64,000 nucleotides of DNA from Candidatus Hydrogenedentes bacterium ADurb.Bin170 (GTDB lineage: Bacteria; Hydrogenedentota; Hydrogenedentia; Hydrogenedentales; CAITNO01), in contig MWCY01000010.1 in assembly GCA_002070275.1 (NCBI GenBank), positions 9,122-73,121 on the forward strand, in the 5' to 3' direction. How positions within the stretch are numbered: the first letter of the stretch is position 1; the number at the start of each line of letters is the position of its first letter. Shown here in pieces: positions 54,086 through 63,191 of this stretch. The position numbers and the translations under genes are program-made. The notes beneath the pieces were generated by a model that worked only from the letters and a program-made list of their open reading frames with translations, did no database searches and was not told where the DNA came from.

Positions 54086-55315
54086 ATGGCACTTTATCAG
54101 TATAAAGCGATTATTAAAAGTACCGGCAAGACGACACGCGGTGTAATCGATGCCGACGGTATTGTGCAGGCACGCCGCAAGCTGCGGGAGCAGAATCTGT
54201 ACCCCACCGAAGTAACGGAAGATACTTCCGGAGGCAAGGGCGCCGGTATCAGCGGACGCGTTTCCAATAGGGGCAGGGTCTCGGGGCGGGATATTGCGCT
54301 GATGACCCGTCAGTTGGCGGTGCTGCTCCGGGCGGGCATGTCGCTGCTGGAAGCGCTGAATGCGCTGATCGATCAGACAAGTCGCATGCGACTTCGGGCG
54401 GCGATTTATGAGATTCGGGACAAGGTGAACAGCGGGCAGCGTCTGGGCGATGCGCTTGCTGACCATCCGCGTATTTTTTCGGATCTGTATGTGAATATGG
54501 TGCGTGCCGGAGAAATCAGCGGCACCCTGGAGCAGGTACTTCTACGGCTGGCAGATATTCTGGAGCGCCAGCATAAGCTTCGTTCACAGATCATTTCCAC
54601 CCTGGCATACCCCGGATTCATGGGATTTTTTTCAGTGGGGATTGTTGTCTTTCTGGTGATGGTGATCGTTCCACGAATAACACGTATGTTTGAGCGTCAG
54701 GAAACGGAACTGCCCGCCCTTACGCAAGGGCTTATTGCTTTCAGTGAGTTTACAAGTCACTACTGGTGGCTGATTCTGCTGGCGCTTGGCGCCGGCTTCA
54801 CCCTGTTCCGTATCTGGCTTTCCAGACCCGAGGGCCGCCGGAAATGGGACCGGCTGAAGTTGAAATTTCCGCTGTACGGACAGCTTCATTTGAAACTGGT
54901 TTGCGCCCGATTCACGCGCACCATGGGTACCATGCTTCAAAGCGGACTTATGATGCTTCCGGCACTGGACGTGGTGAATGCCATTCTGGGCAATACCTAT
55001 ATTCAGGAACGCATGGATGATGTGAAAGTAGGTGTGCGTCGCGGACGTGATCTGGCTGCGCCGCTGAAAGAATCCGCGCTGTTTCCGCCCATGATGATTC
55101 ATATGATTGAACTGGGTCAGCGAAGCGGCGAGATGGAAAATATGCTGATACAGGTGGCGGATACTTTTGATGAGGATGTGCGCCTTACCATTGATGCGCT
55201 GGTGGCGCTGATCGAGCCCATCATTATCATTTTCATGGGGCTTGTTGTGGCGGTGCTGGTACTCGCCATTCTGCTTCCTATTTTCCAGATGAGCACAAGC
55301 ATTGGTTCCAGTTAA
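54086..55315 (+). CDS. gspF: Type II secretion platform protein GspF
   Basis: 409 aa. The cytoplasmic domains are duplicated (AGEISGTLEQVL and GQRSGEMENML) and there are 3 TM segments. Confidence 0.9.
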   Translation: MALYQYKAIIKSTGKTTRGVIDADGIVQARRKLREQNLYPTEVTEDTSGGKGAGISGRVSNRGRVSGRDIALMTRQLAVLLRAGMSLLEALNALIDQTSRMRLRAAIYEIRDKVNSGQRLGDALADHPRIFSDLYVNMVRAGEISGTLEQVLLRLADILERQHKLRSQIISTLAYPGFMGFFSVGIVVFLVMVIVPRITRMFERQETELPALTQGLIAFSEFTSHYWWLILLALGAGFTLFRIWLSRPEGRRKWDRLKLKFPLYGQLHLKLVCARFTRTMGTMLQSGLMMLPALDVVNAILGNTYIQERMDDVKVGVRRGRDLAAPLKESALFPPMMIHMIELGQRSGEMENMLIQVADTFDEDVRLTIDALVALIEPIIIIFMGLVVAVLVLAILLPIFQMSTSIGSS

Positions 55316-55385
55316 GCCAAACAGTCCGGCATCTCGTTTTTTCTGGAGAACCGACTTTCAGTCAGGGCACAGCCCGGGAGATATT

Positions 55386-55796
55386 ATGATGAAAAAAAAC
55401 CAGGAGACAACACGAAAGCAGCGGCAGTATCAGGGCGGTTTCACTCTGATTGAACTGATGGTGGTTGTGGCAATTATTGCGATCCTTGCCACGACAGCGG
55501 GTATTTACCTCTTTGGTGCGCTGGACGATGCGGATCAGGCAAAGGCACAATCGGAAATCAAAGCGCTTAAAGCGGCGGTCACTGCCTATATGCTGAAAAA
55601 CAACCGGCGCCTGCCGGAATCGCTTGAACAGGTCGCCGAGTTTATGGATCCGCCCAAAGTTCCGCAGGATCCCTGGGGCAACCCTTATATCTATACCAAA
55701 GACGGCGCACGGAAATATACAATCGTATCCTACGGCGCTGACGGAACACCCGGCGGAACCGGGGTGAACGAAGACATCTCCAGCGACAAGTTCTGA
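55386..55796 (+). CDS. gspG: Major pseudopilin GspG
   Basis: The start is trimmed to the ATG at 55386. GGFTLIELMVVVAIIAIL, DPWGNPYIY and YGADGTPGGTGVNEDI. Confidence 0.9.
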   Translation: MMKKNQETTRKQRQYQGGFTLIELMVVVAIIAILATTAGIYLFGALDDADQAKAQSEIKALKAAVTAYMLKNNRRLPESLEQVAEFMDPPKVPQDPWGNPYIYTKDGARKYTIVSYGADGTPGGTGVNEDISSDKF

Positions 55797-56713
55797 TGCT
55801 TCTTTCTGCTGACTGGTTTTTAGCGGATTTGATGCCGGAAAGAAGTGTGTTTCCGGAGCGCATCGCTGTTGCCTCTTTTTCCGGCAGCATATCCGCGAAA
55901 AACGGTGCCGGCGGAAAAAACGGTTTTACACTCATAGAACTCTGTGTCATCATTCTGATTATCGGTACCGTTGCAGCGCTGGCACTGCCCCAATTTATGC
56001 CCCTTCTGCTTTTTTCCGAAGTGGACGGAGAAGCGCGTCAGCTGGCGCAGTACGGCACCGCCATTGTTGCTGAAGCCGCTCTTTTCGGAAATGACATGAC
56101 AGTTTATATCGATCTCGGCGGGCAGGTCTATTACACGATGCAGACCATTTATCCGGATGCCGCCGACGAATCAGGCGAAGCCGTCGATTACCTTTCCATG
56201 TTCAATGATTTCCGAAAGTCGGGCCAGCATTCCAGTGCCGAGTTGAAAGAGATGCTCAACGGCGCCACCCAGGGTAACCTCAGGCTTGCCGGCAGCCTTC
56301 CGGCGGACTTCGACACTACGAAAGCCAATGAACAGATGGCGAAGGAATTTGATCAGCGTCATAACCAACTGATTTACAAGCGTGCGCTCAATGTAAAGCA
56401 GAACGAGAGTTTCCTCAGTGAAATCGGGCCGCTTTTTGACAAAGAGTTCAAACTATCCTGGAGCGAACCCTATGAAGAGGAACTATCCCTGCCTCTTCTG
56501 GCACGGCACAACATGCCTCCGGCTGTCCGGATCACCTCTGTTGCAGTTGGTGCAAAACAATATTCGAGCGGCCTGGTTGCCGTGAATGTGACCCCTCTGG
56601 GGCTGCAATATCCTGTCTCTTTTCAGGTGTGTAACGATTCCGGGCTTTGCTATACAGTGGACTGGAATGCTGTTACCGGGCTGGGTCAGGCACGGGAGGC
56701 GGGCGCTTCATGA
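55796..56713 (+). CDS. gspH: Atypical long minor pseudopilin (GspH position)
   Basis: The prepilin motif is GKNGFTLIELCVIILIIG. The ATG overlaps the gspG stop (TGATG); an alternative ATG lies at 55832. At about 290-305 aa it is long for GspH. Confidence 0.55.
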   Translation: MLLSADWFLADLMPERSVFPERIAVASFSGSISAKNGAGGKNGFTLIELCVIILIIGTVAALALPQFMPLLLFSEVDGEARQLAQYGTAIVAEAALFGNDMTVYIDLGGQVYYTMQTIYPDAADESGEAVDYLSMFNDFRKSGQHSSAELKEMLNGATQGNLRLAGSLPADFDTTKANEQMAKEFDQRHNQLIYKRALNVKQNESFLSEIGPLFDKEFKLSWSEPYEEELSLPLLARHNMPPAVRITSVAVGAKQYSSGLVAVNVTPLGLQYPVSFQVCNDSGLCYTVDWNAVTGLGQAREAGAS

Positions 56714-57144
56714 AGCAGACACCTTTTCTCCCCTCTCGTGGTGCAGCAGGCTTCACTCTGGTGGAAGTCCTCGTGGCGCTGGCGGTGCTGGGTGGTGCTC
56801 TGTTTGTGCTGATTAACGCCCACTATACAGCCCTGCACCTGCATTTGATGACACAGGAGTCTGTGGATGAGCGCATGCTTCTCGAGAGTACTGTTGCCCG
56901 TGCTGAAATGGGCGTATGCCAGGATGAGCTGAGCGGCAGCGGTGATTTCGGCCCGCGCTATCCCGGTTTTTCCTGGAGTTACGAGGCGGCGCCGACCGGA
57001 GACACGGAGCATCCGCTTCTGGCGGATACCCGTTTTTTTCGCGTGACGGTGACCCTTACCCGTCCCGATGCTGAGGCAAAAACACTTGAGTTTCTGACCT
57101 TCGTCAATGAAGAGACGAAAAGCGTCCGGGTGGGTGCGCCATGA
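56710..57144 (+). CDS. gspI: Minor pseudopilin GspI-like
   Basis: The ATG at 56710 overlaps the previous stop. AAGFTLVEVLVALAVLGG. Confidence 0.65.
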   Translation: MKQTPFLPSRGAAGFTLVEVLVALAVLGGALFVLINAHYTALHLHLMTQESVDERMLLESTVARAEMGVCQDELSGSGDFGPRYPGFSWSYEAAPTGDTEHPLLADTRFFRVTVTLTRPDAEAKTLEFLTFVNEETKSVRVGAP

Positions 57145-57947
57145 TCAGCGTGTCCGGTAAGAAGGCGGGTTTCACGCTGCTGGAGCTGCTCATCGCTGTC
57201 ACGGTGCTTGTAGTGATTGTTGGGCTGGTCTACGGGAGTTTCTCCTCCGTTTCTCTTACCATGACTTTAGCGCGTGCGGATGCGGAACGTCTGCGGTTCC
57301 GGCAGATTCTCTGGCGCAGCTTCTCCGGCAATCTGCAGAGCATTTACGCCGATGCGGCTTGCCTTCAGGAGGAGCTGCAGTTTCTGGGGGAAAATAAAGA
57401 TGGCGGCTTCGGGCCCGCTGACCAGCTGCGTTTTGTCAGTGCGTTGCCGATGCCCGGAGCGACAGCACTGCCGGGCATTCTGCGGGTGGTCTCTTACACT
57501 GTAACCAGCCGGGCTGAAACAGACAGCGCCATTGCGGCGGCGCTGCCGGTGACCGGCTCCGGCAGCGACACTATTTTGTTGATTCGTGAGGAGCCCTACC
57601 AGCTGCAGTCGCAGGGTTTTTACAATGATGCCCGCAGTGCTTCGGGCGAAGTCTTTGAGCAGGCGGTGCCCATTGCATCCATGAATATCCAGTACTTTGA
57701 TCCCTCCAAAAAAGAATGGCAGGATCAGTGGAATTCTCTTGAAGAGCGGCGTATTCCTGGCGGTATCTGGATCAGAATTAATTTTGCGCGTACTGAAGAA
57801 GACCGGCAGGCGGACTATGCTGCCGGCATCGATCTGAATGAGCATCCGGATTTTGAGTTTATGTTGTCTTTTCCAATGGGGCGCAATGTGGAATATCCTT
57901 TCCCGGATTTTAATCACCTGCGCTATTTTTCAGACGAAGTGCTTTGA
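57141..57947 (+). CDS. gspJ: Minor pseudopilin GspJ-like
   Basis: KAGFTLLELLIAVTVLVVIVG. It overlaps gspI by ATGA. 268 aa. Confidence 0.65.
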   Translation: MISVSGKKAGFTLLELLIAVTVLVVIVGLVYGSFSSVSLTMTLARADAERLRFRQILWRSFSGNLQSIYADAACLQEELQFLGENKDGGFGPADQLRFVSALPMPGATALPGILRVVSYTVTSRAETDSAIAAALPVTGSGSDTILLIREEPYQLQSQGFYNDARSASGEVFEQAVPIASMNIQYFDPSKKEWQDQWNSLEERRIPGGIWIRINFARTEEDRQADYAAGIDLNEHPDFEFMLSFPMGRNVEYPFPDFNHLRYFSDEVL

Positions 57948-57969
57948 TGTGAATACAGCGACACCACCT

Positions 57970-59172
57970 ATGAATCAGTCTCGAACAGCGCAAAGCGGTG
58001 TTGCGCTTTTGCTTGCACTGGTTTTCATTGCGCTGATGTCGGCGCTGGTTTTTGCTTTTCTTTTTGAAATGCAGGTGGATGCCTCCTTTGCGCAGAATCA
58101 GGGAGCGGACTTTGAAGCCCTTCTCGCGGCACGGTCTGCTGTTGTGCAGGGAATTCAGATTCTTGCCGAGCAGTATGCCGATGTGCAGGACACGGGCATG
58201 CCGCCGGCAGACAGCGAAGTGGACGGGTCACAGTGGGCTCTGGGTGTGCCTTTTGAGCCTTTGAACGATGCAACCATGCATGCCTCCATTGATGATGAGT
58301 ATGGTAAGATTAACCTGAATGCGCTGATTCTTTATGATAACGGCGCACCGGAACCCAACGAACCGCTGATTCAGGCTTTGCGTGATTTTTTTGCCGAACG
58401 CAGCGACAGTGCTTATGATCCCGTAGATGCCATTCTCGACTGGATCGATTATGAGGACGGCGATGCGGCGGAACCTGACGGCGCTGAGTCGGATTATTAT
58501 CTCAGTCTGGAAACGCCGTATCCCTGTAAAAACGGGCCCATGGATTCCATTGAAGAACTGCTGCTGATCAAAGGCATTACACCGGAACTCTATTTCGGCA
58601 ATGCAGAAGAAAAATCCGGCTCGCTTCCGCAGGAACCGCTCTCCGAATATCTGACAGTGCACGGTGACTGGCAGGGGCGGGTGAACGTCAACACAGCCCG
58701 GGAAGAAGTGATTACGGCTGTGATTGCGGGGTATACAGGGACGGCTGACCCCGCACTGGGTCAGCAGATTTATCAGGAAGCGCGGGTGGCGCCCATGGAA
58801 AATGCGAGTCAGCTGCGCCCGTACATCCCGATGGCGGACGGCGGTCAGCGGAAGGGTCGGGTGCCGGACAGAAATACAGGCGAAGCACCTGAAGGTGTCG
58901 CAACGGATCAGGAATTCCGTCGTGCGCAGCGCCTGCAGGCGAATGACTCGGTTGATGAAATGTTCAGATACAACAGCAGTGTTTTCCGTATCCGGGGTGA
59001 CGGCAAAGTGGATGATGTGCTGGTTCGGGTGGAGGCTTTCGTATTCCGGGAGCCCTATGATCCGCGTGAAATTGAAGAACCTCTCTCTTCTCTCGGTCTG
59101 CAGTATCAGCAGGAATTTACTGACGCTCCCCGGCAGCTCTTCCGTATTTTAGATTGGAAAGTAGTACAATAA
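57970..59172 (+). CDS. gspK: Minor pseudopilin GspK-like
   Basis: The start is trimmed to the ATG at 57970; a GTG at 57949 is also possible. GVALLLALVFIALMSALV lacks Glu+5. GKINLNAL and SIEELLLIKGITPELY are present. Confidence 0.7.
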   Translation: MNQSRTAQSGVALLLALVFIALMSALVFAFLFEMQVDASFAQNQGADFEALLAARSAVVQGIQILAEQYADVQDTGMPPADSEVDGSQWALGVPFEPLNDATMHASIDDEYGKINLNALILYDNGAPEPNEPLIQALRDFFAERSDSAYDPVDAILDWIDYEDGDAAEPDGAESDYYLSLETPYPCKNGPMDSIEELLLIKGITPELYFGNAEEKSGSLPQEPLSEYLTVHGDWQGRVNVNTAREEVITAVIAGYTGTADPALGQQIYQEARVAPMENASQLRPYIPMADGGQRKGRVPDRNTGEAPEGVATDQEFRRAQRLQANDSVDEMFRYNSSVFRIRGDGKVDDVLVRVEAFVFREPYDPREIEEPLSSLGLQYQQEFTDAPRQLFRILDWKVVQ

Positions 59173-59253
59173 AAGAAAGAAACCGAGAACTTCTCCGGAG
59201 CGGCAGAAAGGGCTGTCGGTTCGGGAAACACCGGTGCTCAACAGGATATACAC

Positions 59254-60693
59254 ATGAAGGTAACGGCAAAAATCGGCGCCATTGAATTCGTGGGAAATGA
59301 GGTTCGGGTCGCCATGGTCAAGACGGGGCGGTCATTGCCGCAGGTGCTGGATCTGCAAACGCGCACGGCGGTGTATGAAGCGCCTGAAGACAGAGTGCCC
59401 GCTTTTGCCCGGGCGCTGAATGATGCGCTGGATGCGCTTCGATCCAACCCGGCGACCTATGTGCTCTGTGTTCCCTGCAATATGACGGTTGTTCGTGCAC
59501 TGGATATTCCGTTTAAGGGGCTTGCACGTGTGAGCAAAGCCGTGCCTTTTGAAATTGAGCCGCACCTCGCTTTTCCTCTGGAAGAGTTGCTGCTGGATTT
59601 TAATGTGATCCGGGAAAGCGGAAGCACCACGGAGGTGCTTGCGGTAGGTGCCCGGAAAAACCATCTGGAAGAACAGCTGGCGATTCTTCAGCTGGCGGGC
59701 GTTGAGGCGGAGCTCGCCGGAGTGGACGTAGCCGGCCTGACTTCGCTGTGGCTGGCGACGCAGAAAAATGTGAAGGGGCTCAGGGCGGTGCTGCATGTGC
59801 GTGACGACAGCTCCATGCTTGCCATTACGCATAACAGGGCGCTTGCTTATTTCCGGCATCTCTATTTTGGTGTGGATGCACTGCAAACTGACCCCCGCAG
59901 GGCTGCCCGTGAAATACAGAATACGCTGCGCGCTTTCATGGCAAAATGGCGCAGCGATATGGAGTTTTCAAGCCTTGCCGTCACCGGCTGTTCACTGACA
60001 GTTGATGAGACCGAAGTATTTGAAGAAATTCTGAGTATGCCCGTAACCACAACCGTTCTGATGGACGCACTGAAGAAAAGCCGATCCTGCACAGTGGACC
60101 GCTCCGCCAATTTCTGGGAGGCTGCCATTGGTGTCGGGTTCAGTGCCGGCGGTGGCGGACTGGGATTCAACCTGATGAAAGAGGCACAGCAGGCACAGGG
60201 TGCTATACGTGCCGTTGTGGCGCATCTGATGTTTACCGCATGTCTGGCACTGCTGTTTCTGCTTGGCTGCGCCTGGTACTATCACGAGGGCAGGCTGCGC
60301 AACGAAACACTGATCGAGCAGGCACATGATGAATTGAATTTTCTTGAAGGCGAGATAGAAAAAATGGCAGCTGAAGGGCTGGGTGCAGACGTTAAAGTCA
60401 GTGTTTTCAGTGATCCGACACTGCTGGATCTGCTGAAAGAGCTGACTGAAAAGCTCCCGCGCGGAAGTTTTCATATCAGTGAAATTAAAGTAAATCCTCC
60501 GGACGCCCGGGGCGGCTGGATCAATATTGCCGGGTCGGCGAACAGTGCCGCCGAGTTTAACACCGCTTTCGAGCGTCTGAAAGAATCAAGCATGTTCCGC
60601 TTTACTGAGGATACGAACATCCGGTTGCAGGGAGAAAAGACAACATTCCGTCTCCGTGCTTTCCGTCCTGAGGACGAAATAGATGAATTATAA
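59254..60693 (+). CDS. gspL: T2SS assembly protein with a PilM/GspL-like cytoplasmic actin-fold domain, a TM helix and a periplasmic domain
   Basis: Assigned by its position after gspK. The N-terminus is PilM-like (IGAIEFVGNEVRVAMV), with one TM (VVAHLMFTACLALLFLLGCAWYY). Confidence 0.55.
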   Translation: MKVTAKIGAIEFVGNEVRVAMVKTGRSLPQVLDLQTRTAVYEAPEDRVPAFARALNDALDALRSNPATYVLCVPCNMTVVRALDIPFKGLARVSKAVPFEIEPHLAFPLEELLLDFNVIRESGSTTEVLAVGARKNHLEEQLAILQLAGVEAELAGVDVAGLTSLWLATQKNVKGLRAVLHVRDDSSMLAITHNRALAYFRHLYFGVDALQTDPRRAAREIQNTLRAFMAKWRSDMEFSSLAVTGCSLTVDETEVFEEILSMPVTTTVLMDALKKSRSCTVDRSANFWEAAIGVGFSAGGGGLGFNLMKEAQQAQGAIRAVVAHLMFTACLALLFLLGCAWYYHEGRLRNETLIEQAHDELNFLEGEIEKMAAEGLGADVKVSVFSDPTLLDLLKELTEKLPRGSFHISEIKVNPPDARGGWINIAGSANSAAEFNTAFERLKESSMFRFTEDTNIRLQGEKTTFRLRAFRPEDEIDEL

Positions 60694-61207
60694 ATTGGAT
60701 CTTCGTGAAAAAATTGGACTGTCGCTGGGAATTCTGGCGTGTATGCTCACATTTGTTCTGGCTGTATACGTTCCGTCGGGCCCAAGAAAATGGTATGCCC
60801 AATCCCAGCGTGAACTCGCTTCGTTGAAAGAGCAGCTGGAATTACAGCAGCTGTTTTATCTTGATGAGGCGGAACGGCTGAATAAGCAGAAAGTTCTGAT
60901 GGAAATCCTGGCAAATCGGGAGCCCGCTTTTTCACTTTTTACTTATGTCGACAATCTGCTGACCTCGACCGGTCTGAGAGCGAGTGCGCAGCTGGAAGAA
61001 TACAAGCCCCGTGATGCATCGCCCAGGCAGCCCATGGTGCAGCTGCGCCTGCAGGGAGTCGCTTTCGAGCAATTGGTTGACTTCCTGCACCAAATTTATT
61101 CGGGCAACCGCCTTATCGCCCTGTATAAACTGGACTTTCTGCGGCCATCGCCTACGGAAAAAGGGCTGGACTGCGATATCACCCTGGTGACTTTGGTGCA
61201 GCAATAA
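60683..61207 (+). CDS. gspM: GspM-like bitopic protein
   Basis: 174 aa with an N-terminal TM (LSLGILACMLTFVLAVYV). It overlaps gspL by 11 nt and is the last gene of the cluster. Confidence 0.5.
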   Translation: MNYKLDLREKIGLSLGILACMLTFVLAVYVPSGPRKWYAQSQRELASLKEQLELQQLFYLDEAERLNKQKVLMEILANREPAFSLFTYVDNLLTSTGLRASAQLEEYKPRDASPRQPMVQLRLQGVAFEQLVDFLHQIYSGNRLIALYKLDFLRPSPTEKGLDCDITLVTLVQQ

Positions 61208-61297
61208 CACAAGTCAGCCACAAAGGGTTGTACTGAAACAACTCTTCCAGCAGAAAACCACTATTTCTTGTATGCCCTTGTTTTTTCAGGGCGATTT

Positions 61298-61306
61298 TGC
61301 TATACT
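61298..61306 (+). promoter_or_regulatory. Extended -10 element TGCTATACT upstream of the beta-barrel gene
   Basis: Identical to the element at 46207-46215. It lies 262 nt before the ATG at 61568. Confidence 0.35.
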
Positions 61307-61567
61307 TTCAGATATGAAGATGGATAAATAACATCTGTACGGATTATAAACGAAGGAAGTATTGTTTGAAGGCATATATCCCTGCGCACATATTTTTATG
61401 ACATGAAAGGAGGGATGAGCAGGAGAAAGGCGATTTACGTCTGGTCACCTGTGCGCGGCAGCGATAAATATTTATAGCAGTTGACTGAAGTGCGTTTTTG
61501 CAGCGGGAAGGATGCTGCAAAACGCGCAGGCTTAGCTTCACAACATTGAGTACAAGGAGATCTGAAT

Positions 61568-62890
61568 ATGTCTTTTAGGACTTTGCTTATTGCCGCTCTG
61601 ATCGTGAGTCTGGGCGGAGTTGCTTTTGCGGAACTGCAGAACGTTGAAATCGGCGGCAGCATCCGTATTCGCGGTAACTATTTTAACCTTGACAGCATTG
61701 ATCGCGCCAGTTTTATTGAACAGCGCACCCGTCTGAATGTCCGTGCTGATTTTACGCAGGAAGTCAGTGCTTTTATCGAACTGGACAGCTATGATTACTG
61801 GGGCGAAGATTTCCGTTCCTGGTACCTTTGCGGTAATGATTTCCGCGGTGGCTGTGATGTAGGTCTGTATCAGGCATACATTGAAGCACGGAATCTTTGG
61901 GGCACACCCCTGAGCCTTCGTGTGGGCCGTCAGGAAATTGCGCTGGGCAATCAGTTCCTGGTGGGCGTCAATGACACTTCCTCCTTCTTCTCCGGTCTGT
62001 CTTTTGATGCGGTGCGTCTGACTTTTGCGAATGAGGTCGTTAACATTGATGCTATTGCCGCGAAACTTGCCGAAAACTTCGGTGACTTTGCGGAAGACGA
62101 TGTTGATTTTTACACGGTTTACGGCAGCTACATCGGCATTGAAGACATTACGCTTGATGCTTACTGGATGTACGTCCGCGACCGTGCCGGTGTGATTACC
62201 CGCCTTGCCAATGGTCAGGAAGCGGATATGCACACGGTCGGCCTGCGCGGTGCCGGTGTGATCGGCGGATTCGACTTTGAAGTTGAAGGTGCCTATCAGT
62301 TCGGTGATCTGGACGGCGTTCCTTCCGCATGCCCCCTGGGCTTTGGTGAAGCCGACGTTGACTTTGATGCCTTTGCCGTCAATGCAGAAGTAGGTTACAC
62401 CTTTGATATGTCGCTGCAGCCCCGCCTGTTTGCCCGCTTTGCCTATCTTGGCGGCGGCAAGCCCGACAACAACTGGTGGAGCAATGACCGCAATCTTGCC
62501 TTCTCCCGCATGTTCTCCAACGTTCAGTACAGTGAATTTCTGGATGACTGGACGTTTGACAACGGCGCCATGTCCAATGCGCTTGTTTACACACTGGGCG
62601 TGCAGGGACAGGTCACCGAGTCTTTCGGTCTGAAGCTGATCGGATCCTACCTGACGGCCAACGAGAAGCAGAGCCGCCGCGCCCGCTCCAAATCTCTGGG
62701 TTGGGAAGTGGGTCTCTATGCTGACTACAACTACAGCGAAGACCTGGTATTCCGTGCCGGTTATGCCCACCTCTTCGGTAAAAAAGGTCTTGAACCTGCG
62801 ACCATCCGCTGGAGCGGACTGGCACCCTGGCAGGGTGATCGTAAAGACGATTACGACTACGCCTTTATCGAAACGGAAATTTGCTTCTGA
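61568..62890 (+). CDS. Outer-membrane beta-barrel protein (porin or alginate-export-like)
   Basis: Signal peptide ...LGGVAFA|E. The body shows alternating hydrophobic beta-strand periodicity with aromatic girdle residues. The protein ends in C-terminal Phe (...ETEICF). Confidence 0.7.
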   Translation: MSFRTLLIAALIVSLGGVAFAELQNVEIGGSIRIRGNYFNLDSIDRASFIEQRTRLNVRADFTQEVSAFIELDSYDYWGEDFRSWYLCGNDFRGGCDVGLYQAYIEARNLWGTPLSLRVGRQEIALGNQFLVGVNDTSSFFSGLSFDAVRLTFANEVVNIDAIAAKLAENFGDFAEDDVDFYTVYGSYIGIEDITLDAYWMYVRDRAGVITRLANGQEADMHTVGLRGAGVIGGFDFEVEGAYQFGDLDGVPSACPLGFGEADVDFDAFAVNAEVGYTFDMSLQPRLFARFAYLGGGKPDNNWWSNDRNLAFSRMFSNVQYSEFLDDWTFDNGAMSNALVYTLGVQGQVTESFGLKLIGSYLTANEKQSRRARSKSLGWEVGLYADYNYSEDLVFRAGYAHLFGKKGLEPATIRWSGLAPWQGDRKDDYDYAFIETEICF

Positions 62891-62916
62891 TTTAAATTTC
62901 ATTCTCTGCTGATTTT

Positions 62917-62964
62917 CACACCCTCGAAGCACCTGTTGTTTCGAGGGTGTATTTATTGCTTTTT
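62917..62964 (+). terminator. Intrinsic terminator after the beta-barrel gene
   Basis: ACACCCTCGAA (62918-62928) pairs with TTCGAGGGTGT (62940-62950), 11 bp, followed by ATTTATTGCTTTTT. Confidence 0.6.
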
Positions 62965-63014
62965 AGCATAATTTGTGCTTGTTTCTGCATCTATTTTTTT
63001 CGATAAACAAGATC

Positions 63015-63043
63015 TTGACAATGCCATTTAAAAGTGGTATACT
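63015..63043 (+). promoter_or_regulatory. Near-consensus sigma70 promoter (TTGACA-17 nt-TATACT with a TG extension) for the downstream DUF1559 gene
   Basis: TTGACA at 63015-63020 and TGGTATACT at 63035-63043. Confidence 0.55.
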
Positions 63044-63191
63044 TGTTCTGAACGGTGTTCAGGTTTATTGACACAGTTATAATTTAATCTCGCGTTTGTC
63101 ACATAACCGGAAAACGGCGTTTCATGCCGTGGGGATTGTATGCCCCTTCCGGAAGTGTGATAGGGATACATACCTACGTAGGAGTCATGCA

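Noticed and set aside
61538-62932. 464-aa ORF on the minus strand, longer than the plus-strand ORF it overlaps
   Set aside because: The plus-strand product has a signal peptide, beta-barrel periodicity and a C-terminal Phe. It also has a terminator downstream on the + strand. The minus-strand product has none of these.
28425-63191. Sigma54 (-24 TGGCAC / -12 TTGC) promoters that the PilR-like activator could use
   Set aside because: TGGCAC hexamers occur only inside coding regions or without a correctly spaced TTGC. None was found upstream of the gsp, DUF1559 or lipoprotein genes.
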